DNA from: Catajapyx aquilonaris
Lineage: Eukaryota
DNA: 64,000 nt
Reading direction: 5' to 3'
Assembly: GCA_000934665.2 (NCBI GenBank)
Contig: JYFJ02000917.1
Location: forward strand, 1 to 64,000
Positions within the stretch are counted from its first letter, which is position 1. The number at the start of each line of letters is the position of its first letter. Position numbers and translations under genes: made by a program. Positions 1 through 12,533 of the stretch are shown in pieces. The notes under the pieces are model-generated. The model was not told where the DNA came from, made no database searches, and saw only the letters and a list, made by a program, of their open reading frames with translations.

Positions 1-11
1 CCGGGCGGGAA

Positions 12-96
12 CGCGTAGCGCCGAAGGCGCGCCAATTGGGGCGCAGCCCCAAGGGGGGGTGTGGGGGGGCGGAGCCCCCCCGCCTCGCAAAGCGAG
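12..96. repeat. Cluster of five GC-rich mini-hairpins, probably the end of an interspersed repeat cut by the window edge
   Basis: CGC-GTA-GCG (12-20), GCGCC-GAA-GGCGC (18-30), TTGGGGC-GCA-GCCCCAA (36-52), GGGGGGGC-GGA-GCCCCCCC (63-81), CTCGC-AAA-GCGAG (84-96); abrupt switch to AT-rich DNA after 97. Confidence 0.6.
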
Positions 97-1014
97 TTGA
101 ATAATAATTATGCACATTGCAATTAATAGTGACACATCGAAAGAAAATTTACAATTACTGATACTAATGATAAGTGTCAACACTATAGGTAGAAAATAAT
201 TGCACAGTAATATTTCTACGTATGGGCAGCAATAAATCACAAATAATTTGAATTAATGTGACCACTTTTTGGTAACCATTCCTTGAGTTACAGCACTTGG
301 GTAATGTTTTTGGGTCACTGAAATACATGTATTTCCAGAGACTGGCTATCTGTCTCTTCATCTGACCACCTACAAATAGTTTATCAATCTTCATGTCCTC
401 TATTAGTACAACCAGCGAGTTGCTCCAACCTGCTACAAAGTCGTGACATGTCTATGTCCAAATGCATATGTCATGGATTTAAAAGGATTTGGAATCACCA
501 GTTTGACAATGAACTTTTCACTTCTGAACCAATACATCTGCACCTTTTTGATTTTGACTGTAAAGGACAACGCGACCTGTTACTAGTTGTAGTGTCGCTG
601 CCACGTTGGTTAAAATCATGTGCGTCACAACTCACCAATAATAATCTGAGGCCATTCAATATCACTCAGCCTCCATGATTTAATTATCAAAATTATTTTA
701 ATAACTTGTTTCTGACCTTGTAAGAAAATGTAAGGGTACTGAAAACATCTGACATTATTTATTCATCTCAAAGAAAATCTCAATGAATATTTTGTTTGTT
801 GTGTGTACCTCCAAGTCCCAACTAGAACATAATTATGTACACTAATAAAAGAGTATCCATGTCTCACACGTGCAAATGGAACTGACATGCTTGTGCAATG
901 TGGCTTATTGAATAAAATCAATAATGTGGTCCTTAAAATTGGATAAGTAATTTAGAATGTTGTCTTTTCATTCGAACATAACTGCATAAAATTATGCAAG
1001 TATCACAACTTCAC

Positions 1015-2267
1015 CTACTCCTTTCCTGTCAACTCTTGTTGCACGTACTTGAGCACAACTTTCTGAATGTCTAACTTGGCCATCTCCTGGTTGATGGGTG
1101 AGAGTTTCTTGAGGCTCACGGCCACACTGCCACAGAACAAGTCCATACCATCTTCCTCGTGGCTTGCAGCCTCCTGGAGCTGTGACACTACAGTGTTGAC
1201 AGCCTCAACAGTCCCATTGAGCACCTGCATCTTCTTCTCATTCATCGTGACTTTCTTTGGTGGCGGCCCCTGATAGCTCGTCTCATCAATCACGTCAGGC
1301 AATATGGTTGGTCCTGAGGTCAATAATGCATTTGCATCGAATGACTCATCTTCCAGTGGATCACAAACCTGTTGAGAAGTGTAAGAGCTACATTTCTTAC
1401 AGATTAACAATACAGGGTGTTCCAAGTATGGGAGAGCTTTATAATGTCGCATTTTTGTGGAGAATTTCATTAATCAGCATGCATTAGTGTCCAGCATGGG
1501 CATATGGAAAGCAGAAACTTTGTGTATTCATTGCAAAAGTGTCGACTTGGCTATAATGAACCTCAGTTATAACATACTCCTTTCCACGGTCACTTGAATC
1601 CAACTGTTAGCCTACTTTAAGTCAAAGGAAATTTGACTTAATGCTATTTTTTTGTTGCATGAAACTGGTCTTATTATGATCAATGCCAATCAGCTGGAAT
1701 AGCTCTCACTCCGAGTTACATGCTGTGTTTTTTCAAGGTCGTCATTGCCCATGAACTTAACATCTAACCAGAAAAGCTAGTAATACCTCGTATTTATATT
1801 CCTCTTCTTCAAGGCTATCAATGGATGCATCACAAGACACTTCAGACAAAAACTTCATTGAGTCGTAAAGGTACCACTTCGGACAGTAAGCGCTGCTTCC
1901 TTCCACTTTACGCTTCTCTCGCTGGTAGGTCGTCCTCAGATTTTTAAACTTCATCTTCACGTCATTGACTGTCAAGGAGAAACACACATATAAATCTACA
2001 CTGCATGTAGGGCCTTATTCATGTCTTACTTCCAACAGACGTGTCATGCTTCTGCAGCTCTTTGCACAGCTTCTGGAGCAGGTATTCTCGAATACCTCGC
2101 TTGGAATTATCCGGATGTTTCGTATGCCACAGCAACTTGTGATCTGAAGCAAGGAATAATATGAACTAGAAGCGTCAGTCGCAACCTGCTAGATATTGCT
2201 TACCCCGATAGAAATCAATGAGGATCTTCTCAGCCTCGCTTCCCCAAACCCTGACTGGCGACGACAT
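1015..2267 (-). CDS. MADF (Myb/SANT-like) + BESS domain DNA-binding protein, 4 coding exons (~2267-2204, ~2143-2030, 1968-1787, 1395-1015)
   Basis: Spliced product MSSPVRVWGSEAEKILIDFYRDHKLLWHTKHPDN...VKMKFKNLRTTYQRE...PKWYLYDSMKFL matches the MADF pattern; C-terminal DLFCGSVAVSLKKLSPINQEMAKLDIQKVV matches BESS; GT-AG junctions are phase-compatible. Confidence 0.85.
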
Positions 2268-3481
2268 CTTCAGAACAACTGCACCTTGTTCATTCACACA
2301 TTGGAACTGACAGCCACTGAAAAGTAATGGTTATAGTGCATTAACCAGCTGCGTACACCACCCCTGCGTAGTACACCTACCTCCTTCATGAACAGACAGT
2401 GCAGTGCGTACCACCAGTCAGTGATGTACATGCTGAGCAACCAAGCAAACCAAACTGTTCATAGAACAACACCAGAACACCTGGCGTTCTATGCGGTTCT
2501 AAACTGTGGTTCTAAACATGGTTTCTAAAAAAAATGAGAACGAGTTGAGCAGGTGGCGCTATCGAACGACTGGAAGATGAACTTGTGGCGAATGGCCGGC
2601 CGATTTGAATGTGCATAAGTTTCCTCTCTGTGTATATGAAAGGCGAAGTTTGTTGGTTTGTTTGTCCAGCATATGTTTGGTTTTTTTTCCATGGCGGGAT
2701 GGCAGCAAAAAATCATAGAAACGGGCTCCGCTGATAGTCATTTCATAAGGGTCATTTCAGATTTTCAGCAGAAGTGTCGACAGGATAATTGCACAAAATA
2801 AATGATACAAAGTCATTGTAACGATAATTATTAATAATTCATTTACAAATCCTAAAACCTTGACAGATGCACTTTGATAGTGATCAACTTGAAGTGGTCG
2901 ACATCTCTCCGGTAGACATGTGAGATAACTAAAACACTATGTTCTTTTGGTGTATAGACCAAGACGTCCTCAGCCTATCAGACTCGTGAGTAAACTCCGA
3001 TAACTCTACAAGAGTGACACCAACTTGTCACAGAGGTTGATAATCTCTTACTGTAAGACCATTCACGACCCATATCCTGTTAGCTATCAATTTACACAAA
3101 TCTTGCAATACACGGGTCACAAAAAGTGCACTTGCTTCATGGCTATCTATAATTGCACCGGTTTTTTTAATGCTATTATTTTGAATCCAAAAATGAATAA
3201 GCTGCCAGTGAAATCTCAAAAGTGTGGATACGCAACAGGTCATTAGTCTTGACCCCAATGCTTGCTTCCTAGCTCGATCCATCTTCGAGCAACACTTTGT
3301 CAGTCCTCCTGAAAGCAACGGTCATCGCATATTTTCTCTGTGGGCTTGGCGCCTTGTTTTTTTTTCTCTCTTCGGATATCCTTCGGAGTCAGCACTTGCT
3401 TTGTGCTCCGGAGAGGAAACCTCGCATTTGTACGACCTCTACATCCTCCGTCCTGTTGCAGACTCACAACTAGTCTAAACC

Positions 3482-6400
3482 ATGTTGCACCCGACTTATT
3501 ACACGCTGCGTACTCTACTGTACTTCGCACAACTGCAGTCGGTGCTTGAAGGAAAAAGCGTGTACAACGACACCATTACAAATGGCACGACAGGTAAGTT
3601 ACAGATTGTTCCTTCCGCAGCAACCAGTTTTTAATCAACAAGAGTAGTTGCAGATGGATACGAAATTTGCTACGGAATTTTTGGGTGCTTTGACACCCGG
3701 TACCCGTGGGTGTCTTCAAAAAGACCTGTGCCGTCTTTGCCTCAGTCGCCTGATGTTATCAAGACACGTGTGTGTCTGTTTACGAGGAAGAATCCGGACA
3801 CATGCCAGGTGGGATTTAATTCCTTGTTTATAATAAAAGTAGCATTGCCTTAGATCAGGCAGATTTGTGCAAAAATAATGCATGTAATATTATTTGCAGG
3901 AATTGCAACCGTACGACACACGTGGAATCCTAGATTCAAACCTGAAACCGAATCGACCTGTTCATGCAATAATTCATGGATTCACAGAAGATGGCACGGT
4001 TCAATGGATGAAGGTACAGCTTGGAAGGAATTGGCTTACACAGATAATATTTGTAATATTTTTATGTGTTGCAGTACATGGTGAAGGAACTGCTCATTTA
4101 TGATGACGCAAACGTGTTGACTGTTGATTGGGGATTAGGCTCGATGCCACCGTATTCGCAAGCCACTGCCAATTGCCGTGTTGTCGGCGCGTATCTCGGA
4201 CATCTACTCTACTATTTATCAGTAATGTAGCCATTTATTAGATGAACATAATATTGCATAACCAATATACCAAAAAAATTATAAGAGCTTAGATTATATC
4301 AAATCGGCCTAATATGCATTAGAGGCTAAATTTTGTCATACAATTTGTCATTTTCAGCATTTTGGATTAAGTCCTTCAAAATACCACATAATCGGCCACA
4401 GTTTGGGAGCTCACATAGCAGGTTATGCAGGACAATTTTTGCAAACGCAAGGATTTCATGTGTCCAGAATAACAGGTAAGCAACAGTTTGACACACTTTT
4501 TAGCTAGCACAGGTCGTGACCTGTGCCCTCCAAGATATGCCCCCCCAAAAATATTGAATACTGTCCTCTATCTGAAAACACGAAGGTCTCGACCCTGCTG
4601 AGCCGTACTTTGAAAACACACCCCCTTTGGTCCAACTTGACCCGAGAGACGCTTCGTTCGTAGATGTCATTCACACTGATGGCAACTCTTACCTGGACAT
4701 CCTCACAAATGGACCTGGAAAAGGTAAAAACCATGTTTTTGTGTTGCTGTTTATCTCTGTCACATGTGGAAAAGGTCATGGTCACATGTCGAGTTTTCTA
4801 ATAGTCCAGGAATTCAAGGCCGTTTGTTTCAAACTGCGCTTAAAAGTTGGAGCTGATCCAAATCCATCTTATCGGAGCATGTCAATCACTTTCGGTGCTG
4901 GGATATTATGACCTACTAAATAGTGTTAATAATATTGGGTGCATGTGTATTATTGCAGGACTCGGGACCTTCATGCCTTCGGGTCACTTGGACTTCTACC
5001 CAAACGGAGGCAAAACGATGCCAGGATGCGACAGGAACTGGGAGAATTCTATGACACAGTCGCTAGGAAGTTTTGTCTCAGGCAAATATCCAATAGTTGA
5101 AGTCCCTCTTACTTGAGAGGTTGAAATTGGCGCCCATATGGTCACATGACAAGCCAATGAGCTGCAATACCTGGCAGAAGCCAACTGATTTTTATCGAGT
5201 GACCATCATTGGTGCCAATGCTACATTTCAAGTAAGAAGGCCTTCAACTTTATGTAATAAATAACCCAAAATAATAACAACTCTGAATTAATAACCACAA
5301 ATGAAAATAAGTACCAATAAATTACAGATGGCTATTAATAATATTGTTAAACCAGGTTCACACTGGGTTTGGTGAGTCGTTATGGATAGGAGCCACAAAC
5401 AACAACGACCGCCCGTGTGAACCCAGATTAACGTTTTTCAGGCCTGAAAAACTACATCGCTTGCAACCACATACGGGCCATTGAATACTTCACGGAATCG
5501 ATCAATTCCGATTGTCCTTTTGTGGGACAAGAGTGTCCCAGTTTGGATGGATTCATAGCAGGAGACGAGTGTCTGGACAACACTGCTCGTATGGGATTCC
5601 ATGCTGACCAATGGATCTCTGGACATTCACCGATCGAGGATAATAAGCGGAGGACCATGTTCCTCCAGACGAAGGACAAGCAGCCTTTCTGCGGTACGGG
5701 TTACATACCATTTCGAGTAAATGCAGGGGTGAAAAAAAATGTCAAAAAAATATTTTGATATGTTTTTAAAAATATTAAATTTTTTCTGCATTTTCAGCTT
5801 ATCAGTTCCGGGTTCGAATATCAATATCTGAAGTTCCATTGAGCGTCAAGAACGGGGCTGAGAGTGGAAGCTTTAGCGTCACATTTGAAGGATCTCAAGA
5901 TAAACTGAAGACAATAATAAGCAATGAAGGGTAGGTGATTACGTGATTATACAGTACAGTTGCTGAGTTTCAATCATTGAAATCTGTATTCCACCTGCAA
6001 ATCGGATTTGTTTGGCCAATAATTACACTCGCGATCAATTTTTCAGAGATGATTTCTTTGAGCCCGAAAACACATACAGCTTCATAATAATGGGACCATA
6101 CTTAGGAAACATCACGGGAATGACTTTAACATGGAATCACCGCGTGGCAATGCTGAATCCATTTACGTGGCATTCATTGTTGCGGCAGTCAAAAATATAC
6201 ATCCACAGCATGACTGTAGATAGCATTGAATCTGAATCTAGGCAAGTCTCCGGTTATTTGCCTCTCACTTTAAACTTATCAAGTTGAAAAATGTACTAAT
6301 AGTTTGAATAATGCTGCCCTTTGATTCATTTTATATAGGCACAGTTTTTGCCTGTGTGACCATCCGTTGTTATCCGGAGAGGAGCAAGGATTTTCTGCAA

Positions 6401-6498
6401 CGACGGAAGAATGTCCGGATTTCTGTTCGTCAGCATACCAGGACATGTCCTTCAGATCGTCTCCAACACCTATAGTGTATCCCATAAATGAAACATAA
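3482..6498 (+). CDS. Pancreatic lipase-like protein, copy 1 (11 exons; catalytic + PLAT-like domain)
   Basis: ICYGIFGCF, IIHGF, VDW, GHSLGAH (~4400), [37 protein letters not shown]; stop TAA 6496-6498. Confidence 0.92.
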
Positions 6499-7449
6499 TG
6501 AAGCTAATTTGTTTGTGCTTTAAATAGGGATGCGGGATGGGTTCTTATATAGGTTTTCATCACGAAAAGAAACTGCATCGAACTCATTGTTATCTAATTA
6601 TTGTGATAACCCTAGACGTTTTCCTTAAAAGTCTATTCATTATTAAAGATATTCACGCCTTACAAGGAAAAGATTTTAATGCCGTAATTTATATACCATA
6701 ATAAAATCATTATACTGAATGTACTGTTCAGTAGGCTACTACATGGTGCGCTCATACACTTTATTGTAAATACTCTATAATAAAAACGTCAACCAAATTA
6801 TACTTTGCTCGTAAGACTCCGCATCTAAGAGTCATTAATTGGTAGAGTTTTTTAAGGCGGTTGAGTAAGAAGAAGACCAAAACATATTGAAAATCGAACG
6901 AATGTGGGCACATTAAAAATATATAGCTATAATTATGTTGGTTAATATAACTCTAATGGTGAAGTACAGTAAATGCATCATATTATTCACATTACATTAC
7001 ACTCTAATACTGTATAGGCCTATATGAAATGTCGTTTTCTATGCACTTGTTTCTTACGAATAAAACTATGTCAGTGAATGGTGTTTTTGAATTTTTGACA
7101 GTTCAACGAGTAACACATAATTGTCACTTTTGCCAATTAATGACTTTCTCAGTTGACGCCATGAACTCAACGCAATGCATTTAATAATTAATCTATAAAG
7201 CAACCATAAAAATTAATACAGAATAAGTCGCAACAAATGAATTATTATGATAAAATACGTTCTGTCAGCAAACTGATAAAACAACCCAAAATAGGACTAT
7301 TGTTAAATCGGAACCTTTATACTGTGATTATTATCACGTTATTGACCATCGCTGATCATAATCAAAGATCTTTGTTTTCATAGGTAAATTGCAACACCCA
7401 ATCTGGGTCTGTGGTATTACAAACTAGTCCTTAATAATTTAATTATAAC

Positions 7450-7500
7450 TATATATGAGTCCCCCCCTTCTATGGAATGATTTGATTTTGATTTGATTTG
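7450..7500 (+). mobile_element. Short 5'-truncated non-LTR retroposon end with (GATTT)n tail
   Basis: Flanked by 14-bp direct repeat AATTTAATTATAAC at 7436-7449 and 7501-7514. Confidence 0.6.
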
Positions 7501-7949
7501 AATTTAATTATAACCATAGCCAAAACCATGTCCAGCAGAGTCGGTTTTGAATTTTGAAGTCAGATTTAATGCCTTATAAGTTAATTGCAAAGCAATGCTA
7601 CAACTCGCACTCAGATATTACGAAGATTGTACTACTGTAGTAGTGATAGCTCCACTTGGTTGTGGAAAATATGAAGTTTTCAGCCATACAGCAATATACA
7701 TGTCACACTGTACCATAGCTTTCGTCTCGTATCATAGTCTGATAAAAAGACGCTGCACATCCTAGGTGTTAATTCGTTACGTCGAACAAAGGGTAACCGA
7801 GTAATGTTGTCTACGTAGTTCTCTTATCCATGCACTAATTCATGATCGTCCAAGATAAAAGAACCACCGCCTATTCCTGATAAGCTTCACAATATAAACG
7901 CTAGTCCGACACTGCAAATTGTCACAGAATCACAAGATCAAAATTAACC

Positions 7950-10389
7950 ATGAAGGTCGGAATAAGCTGTTTGCTGCTTTCAGTCGTCATTGAGCTGGCT
8001 TCGGCCATGGCCATCATTGAAAATCCTGACAACGGATTGCCACTGTGTAAGTATAGACATTCACTAGTCTGTATATAGTTTTTTAAAAAAAAAAAAATTG
8101 TACCGTATAATAATATGCAGGATATTTTTCAACCACTTCTTACAGGTGGAATCGGAACATCCAAATGTTACGGAAAACTAGGATGCGTAAATTATACATC
8201 GGAATGGTTTAGCCTATTCAGGCCAATCAATCTTCTACCTTTTGATCGGGATGTGCTGAGAACCACCTTCAGGCTGCACACCAAAAATGGACCCGATGAT
8301 GTAAGCTTCAGTTGCTAATAACACTCTATACAACATATCAGTTAATCCCGCACGCTTATTAATTCTGACAGGGTGAACTAATCACTGCCGACGACCCCGA
8401 GACAATTAAAAATTCTCGATTCAACATTAATGACACAATAATGTTCATCGTCCACGGATTCACAGACAATGGAGACACTCCTTGGCTGAAGGTAAGCACT
8501 GATTAGACGTCTTAATGCCATAATTATGAACAATTTCTAATAAATGTATTTGGCAGGAAATGGCCCAAACTATTATTCAATTCCAAGGTCCAACCAATGT
8601 GCTTCGAGTGAACTGGGGATTCGGGTCACTACCTCCTTACATATGTGCTGTCGCTAACACGAGATTGGTCGGCTTGGAGATCGGATATTTCGCCAATGTT
8701 CTCATTGTGAGTAGTCATATTCCGGGATACTGCGTATTTTGGAGAGTTATTTATCATTTTTTTTAATGCATGGAATTTTTTCAGAATGATTTTGGAGCAA
8801 AACCAGGTAATATCCATGTGATTGGACACAGCTTGGGAGCCCACATTGCCGGATATGCTGCGGAACAAATACCAGGGAAACAACTAGGAATGGTTGTGGG
8901 TATGACATCATTTTCAATTTTTCATCAAAAATAATGTCGCTATAAGTAAATTAATTAATAAGCCCATGAACATGGTTTTGTCAGTTTAGAAACTGCTGCT
9001 TCCAGCATTGCTGATAATTTTATAATTACTTCCCGACACAAGGGCAGGAAACATTTTTATGAAGTATAGTGAACTCTCGAGCACTTGATAAGTTGTAACT
9101 TATGTAACAATGTTGTTTGACAGGTCTTGATCCTGCTGGTCCTTACTTCCACAAAATGCCTCCTGTTGTAAGACTTGACTACACGGATGCGAAATTCGTG
9201 CAGGCCATTCATACCGACTCATCACCCATTTGGATGGTTGGTCAGTACCACATACGCATAATTATTTTAAATGAGATCAATTTTCGCAACTCATCCAACC
9301 TTATTTGCGCAGGATTGGGAATGAAGGATCGCTCAGGTCATGTCGATTTTTATCCTAATAACGGAGAGCATCAGCCAGGATGTAGTGTGTTCGACATCCC
9401 CATTAACGAGATTACGAACGGAATGATTCCATTTTTCCGGAAATACATTGCTTGCAGTCACATCCGCTCGATTGAACTTTACCAGGACACCTTCGTGACA
9501 GGTTGCCCGTATGTGGGATACGAATGCTCCGATTACGACACCTTCAAGAGTGTAAGTCATCTCTGAGCTGAATTTTTCAAACAATGTGGTTCAAATTTCA
9601 AACTCTTTCAGGGAGCGTGCTTTGACTGTGGCGAAAACAACACTCACTGCTCTGAAATGGGTGTCACAGCAGACGATTTTGCATCAACTGGTCGTAAAGA
9701 AGTTCCTATGTACTTTGAAACAGGAGCGACTGCTTCATTCAGCAGTAAGTTACCAGCAAATCTACTGTGTCCAAATATTACAGATTACACTTTTATTCAG
9801 AATACCACTACCATGTGAGGGTTAGCCTTGCAAAGCCAAGCAAGGCCCACGACTGGCTTCGAGGTACACTCACTCTAACTATTCAGGGAAGTCTGAGGAC
9901 TGTCAGCGATATGCTAATAACACCGTAAGTATTACTTTATTTTTCGTACATGTTATGAAAAATGACTATAACAGGCTAACTTTTAAATTCAGATCGAAGG
10001 TGAAGTTTTACCACGGGGAGACCTATGACTTTCTATACGTGACCGACCTGAACGTGGGCGAGGTCAAGTCGGTGGATCTTGAGTGGGACTACAAGCGAGA
10101 CATTCTGGACCCAATTTGCATTGCTCCTTTCTGCTGCAACCATTTATTCGTTTCCAACATGGACGCGTCTGTCCTCAATCACTATCCAGAATCGTAAGTG
10201 GACATGTTGAGAAACTGACTGCTGGTTTATAGCGCTTTATAGACTTGGATCGTTGGATGAGTTCATAAAATTATTTTATTCTACCTTTTCAGAGAGCTGG
10301 AGAAGTACACTTCCCATATGATACCTTCCGATGGTTCAACGTATGCTGATATTAGCAGCGGCGACTCCAAACCATTCTCGAAAGCTTAG
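7950..10389 (+). CDS. Pancreatic lipase-like protein, copy 2 (11 exons)
   Basis: Signal peptide MKVGISCLLLSVVIELASA; TATAAA at 7893; [33 protein letters not shown] exons; stop TAG 10387-10389. Confidence 0.93.
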
Positions 10390-12533
10390 GTGGCCGTTGT
10401 ATTCATCACATCAAGGATATGATGAAAATGGGCGGAATAATGTACCATTGGTGCATTACTATAGGAATGAATCTTGTTCAATATAATTGACCAGGTCTTT
10501 CAAATTAAAATGTGATTTTAATTGCATTCATATTGCATCGCTCAGATCGCTGTACAGTGCATATTTGTATAAAGTGGCAATATTATAGTGTGCAGTGTAA
10601 GAGTGTGGACAATTATTATTTCCAATAAAATATTTTATTATAAATGTGCTCCTAATCTATTGCCGACCACACCACCGCACTACCCTCATTGCTTTGTCTT
10701 CCTACAAAAAACACCAACAGAAATTCCCGGAAAAGTAAGGACAAAACAAAGGTCAGTGATGATCAGATTAAAACCGCACTAGTAGCTTATTTCAAATCAT
10801 CAAGAAATAATAATTCAATGTATATTTCTCCACCCGATTCCGTCCGCACAAAAAATAATCCCCCTTTCTTTCTCTTCTCAGTCTGCTTCATTACACAAAG
10901 TGGTTTATAATTCCTCTAACAAACTGCGCATAGGAAGACTCCCAGAAATCTAAAGTAGCCTTATGAACGGCTGTAATTTAATGTGACATCAAGTGCCGAA
11001 GATTTCTATTCTCCCCTCCCCCCTCTTTGCCATGTATTCAACATAAAAAAATCGTCATGCATATGGGACGTTATGCTGCATGATTTGGTGCCTATTGGGA
11101 GAGGTTCAGGGCAATACCTGCAAATGACAGTACAGTACCGCAATACCATGTGATAGAGATCTGGCTGGTGGCGATGCAGTGGCTACTTGGCCAACTAGAT
11201 GTCTGATCAGCAACTAATCTCTCAAGAGCGATAAGAGAGCGTTAATAATTTTTTACAGTCAATAACCTACCTTGTAATTTATATGGTCAAAAGTTGAAAA
11301 AACTTGCACTTCTCTAACGATTGTAGACTACTTATTATTAATCCTTTGCCTGTTAAACTGTAAATTAACTAATACACACAACATCAATACCCATAAGATA
11401 ATAAGACACTCACACTATGCATGGGCACACGTACTGTGTATACGCTACTGACATATTTGTACAATTGGGTTTGTTCCCGAGGACAATATATTATTAAGAA
11501 GAATATTTATGTAATTTAATATTTAAATTATTAAACCGTTTCCTATGTATCGTATGTCGTGTGTTTCTTCCTATACCCTCACACAATGCTTTATTTTAAT
11601 TAATAACTAACTCACCAAACCAATTGAAGGTTCTGCCTATACTGTATAGGTACAGTGCTATATTATGATAGCCTACTCCTCCAAAGAATACCTGTCATTT
11701 CCAATGAAGTTTATCTTGCGTAAGTATTAACTGTATAAAAAAGATGTGAACTGTTTAAAATCCTGAGTCAGAATTAAATGTGTATAGGTGCAGTTAGAAT
11801 GTTAGATGATTGATCACTTCTGACAGAACGAGATAAATAATGTTTTGCAACCAGAATGAAGGGAATTATATACTTGACACGGTTATCAAGCGATTAATTT
11901 GCGTTACAGTCACGGCCAGAAAATTACTCTGAACCATTTAAAAAAAAGTATGTTGGTTACACCTTTGGATCATTACACTAACAATAAGTAATGATCATCA
12001 CTTCGTTTAGTGACATATGTCACATTTGACTTGAGAAAAAATTGAGACGGGAGAATAGGCTATACTGTATATGTGCCACACATTTTGAACTATACTGATT
12101 TCGCAATTGATTTATTACTTTTAAAATTATTGCGACTGATATTTATGCCTGATGTTTGTTCATGATTGTGTAACAGATAATATAGGTGCATTTAGTACTT
12201 TCTGTAATGATCTGACAGCATGTTTTTCTAATGTCATGCACCTGTCTAAACTAACAACCTTGAATCCCTTTGATATCACCCATGAAAATTATTTTTAATA
12301 AGAATCGTTTTCTATGACCCGCAAGGGACACCTTGTAAGTGATAATCTGAAGGATCTGCCAGTGTGTTATCACAATGATAATGCTGCGAAAACAAGTGCC
12401 AGGGAACGTTATAAACGCAAAATCGTTATCATCGTGGTACATTGGGTTCCTCATTCAGTTTTTGATAAATCGTATATAAATGTTTGCCTGCCACAGGCAT
12501 CTTTCACAGTGACCAACCTAGCTGGCAAAGAAG

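Noticed and set aside
1015..2267. MADF gene as part of an autonomous Harbinger transposon
   Set aside because: No transposase ORF or bounding TIRs recognised in the window; cannot be excluded beyond the left edge
3028..3549. Overlapping short ORFs upstream of lipase 1
   Set aside because: No recognisable motif; more simply the 5' leader and first exon of lipase 1
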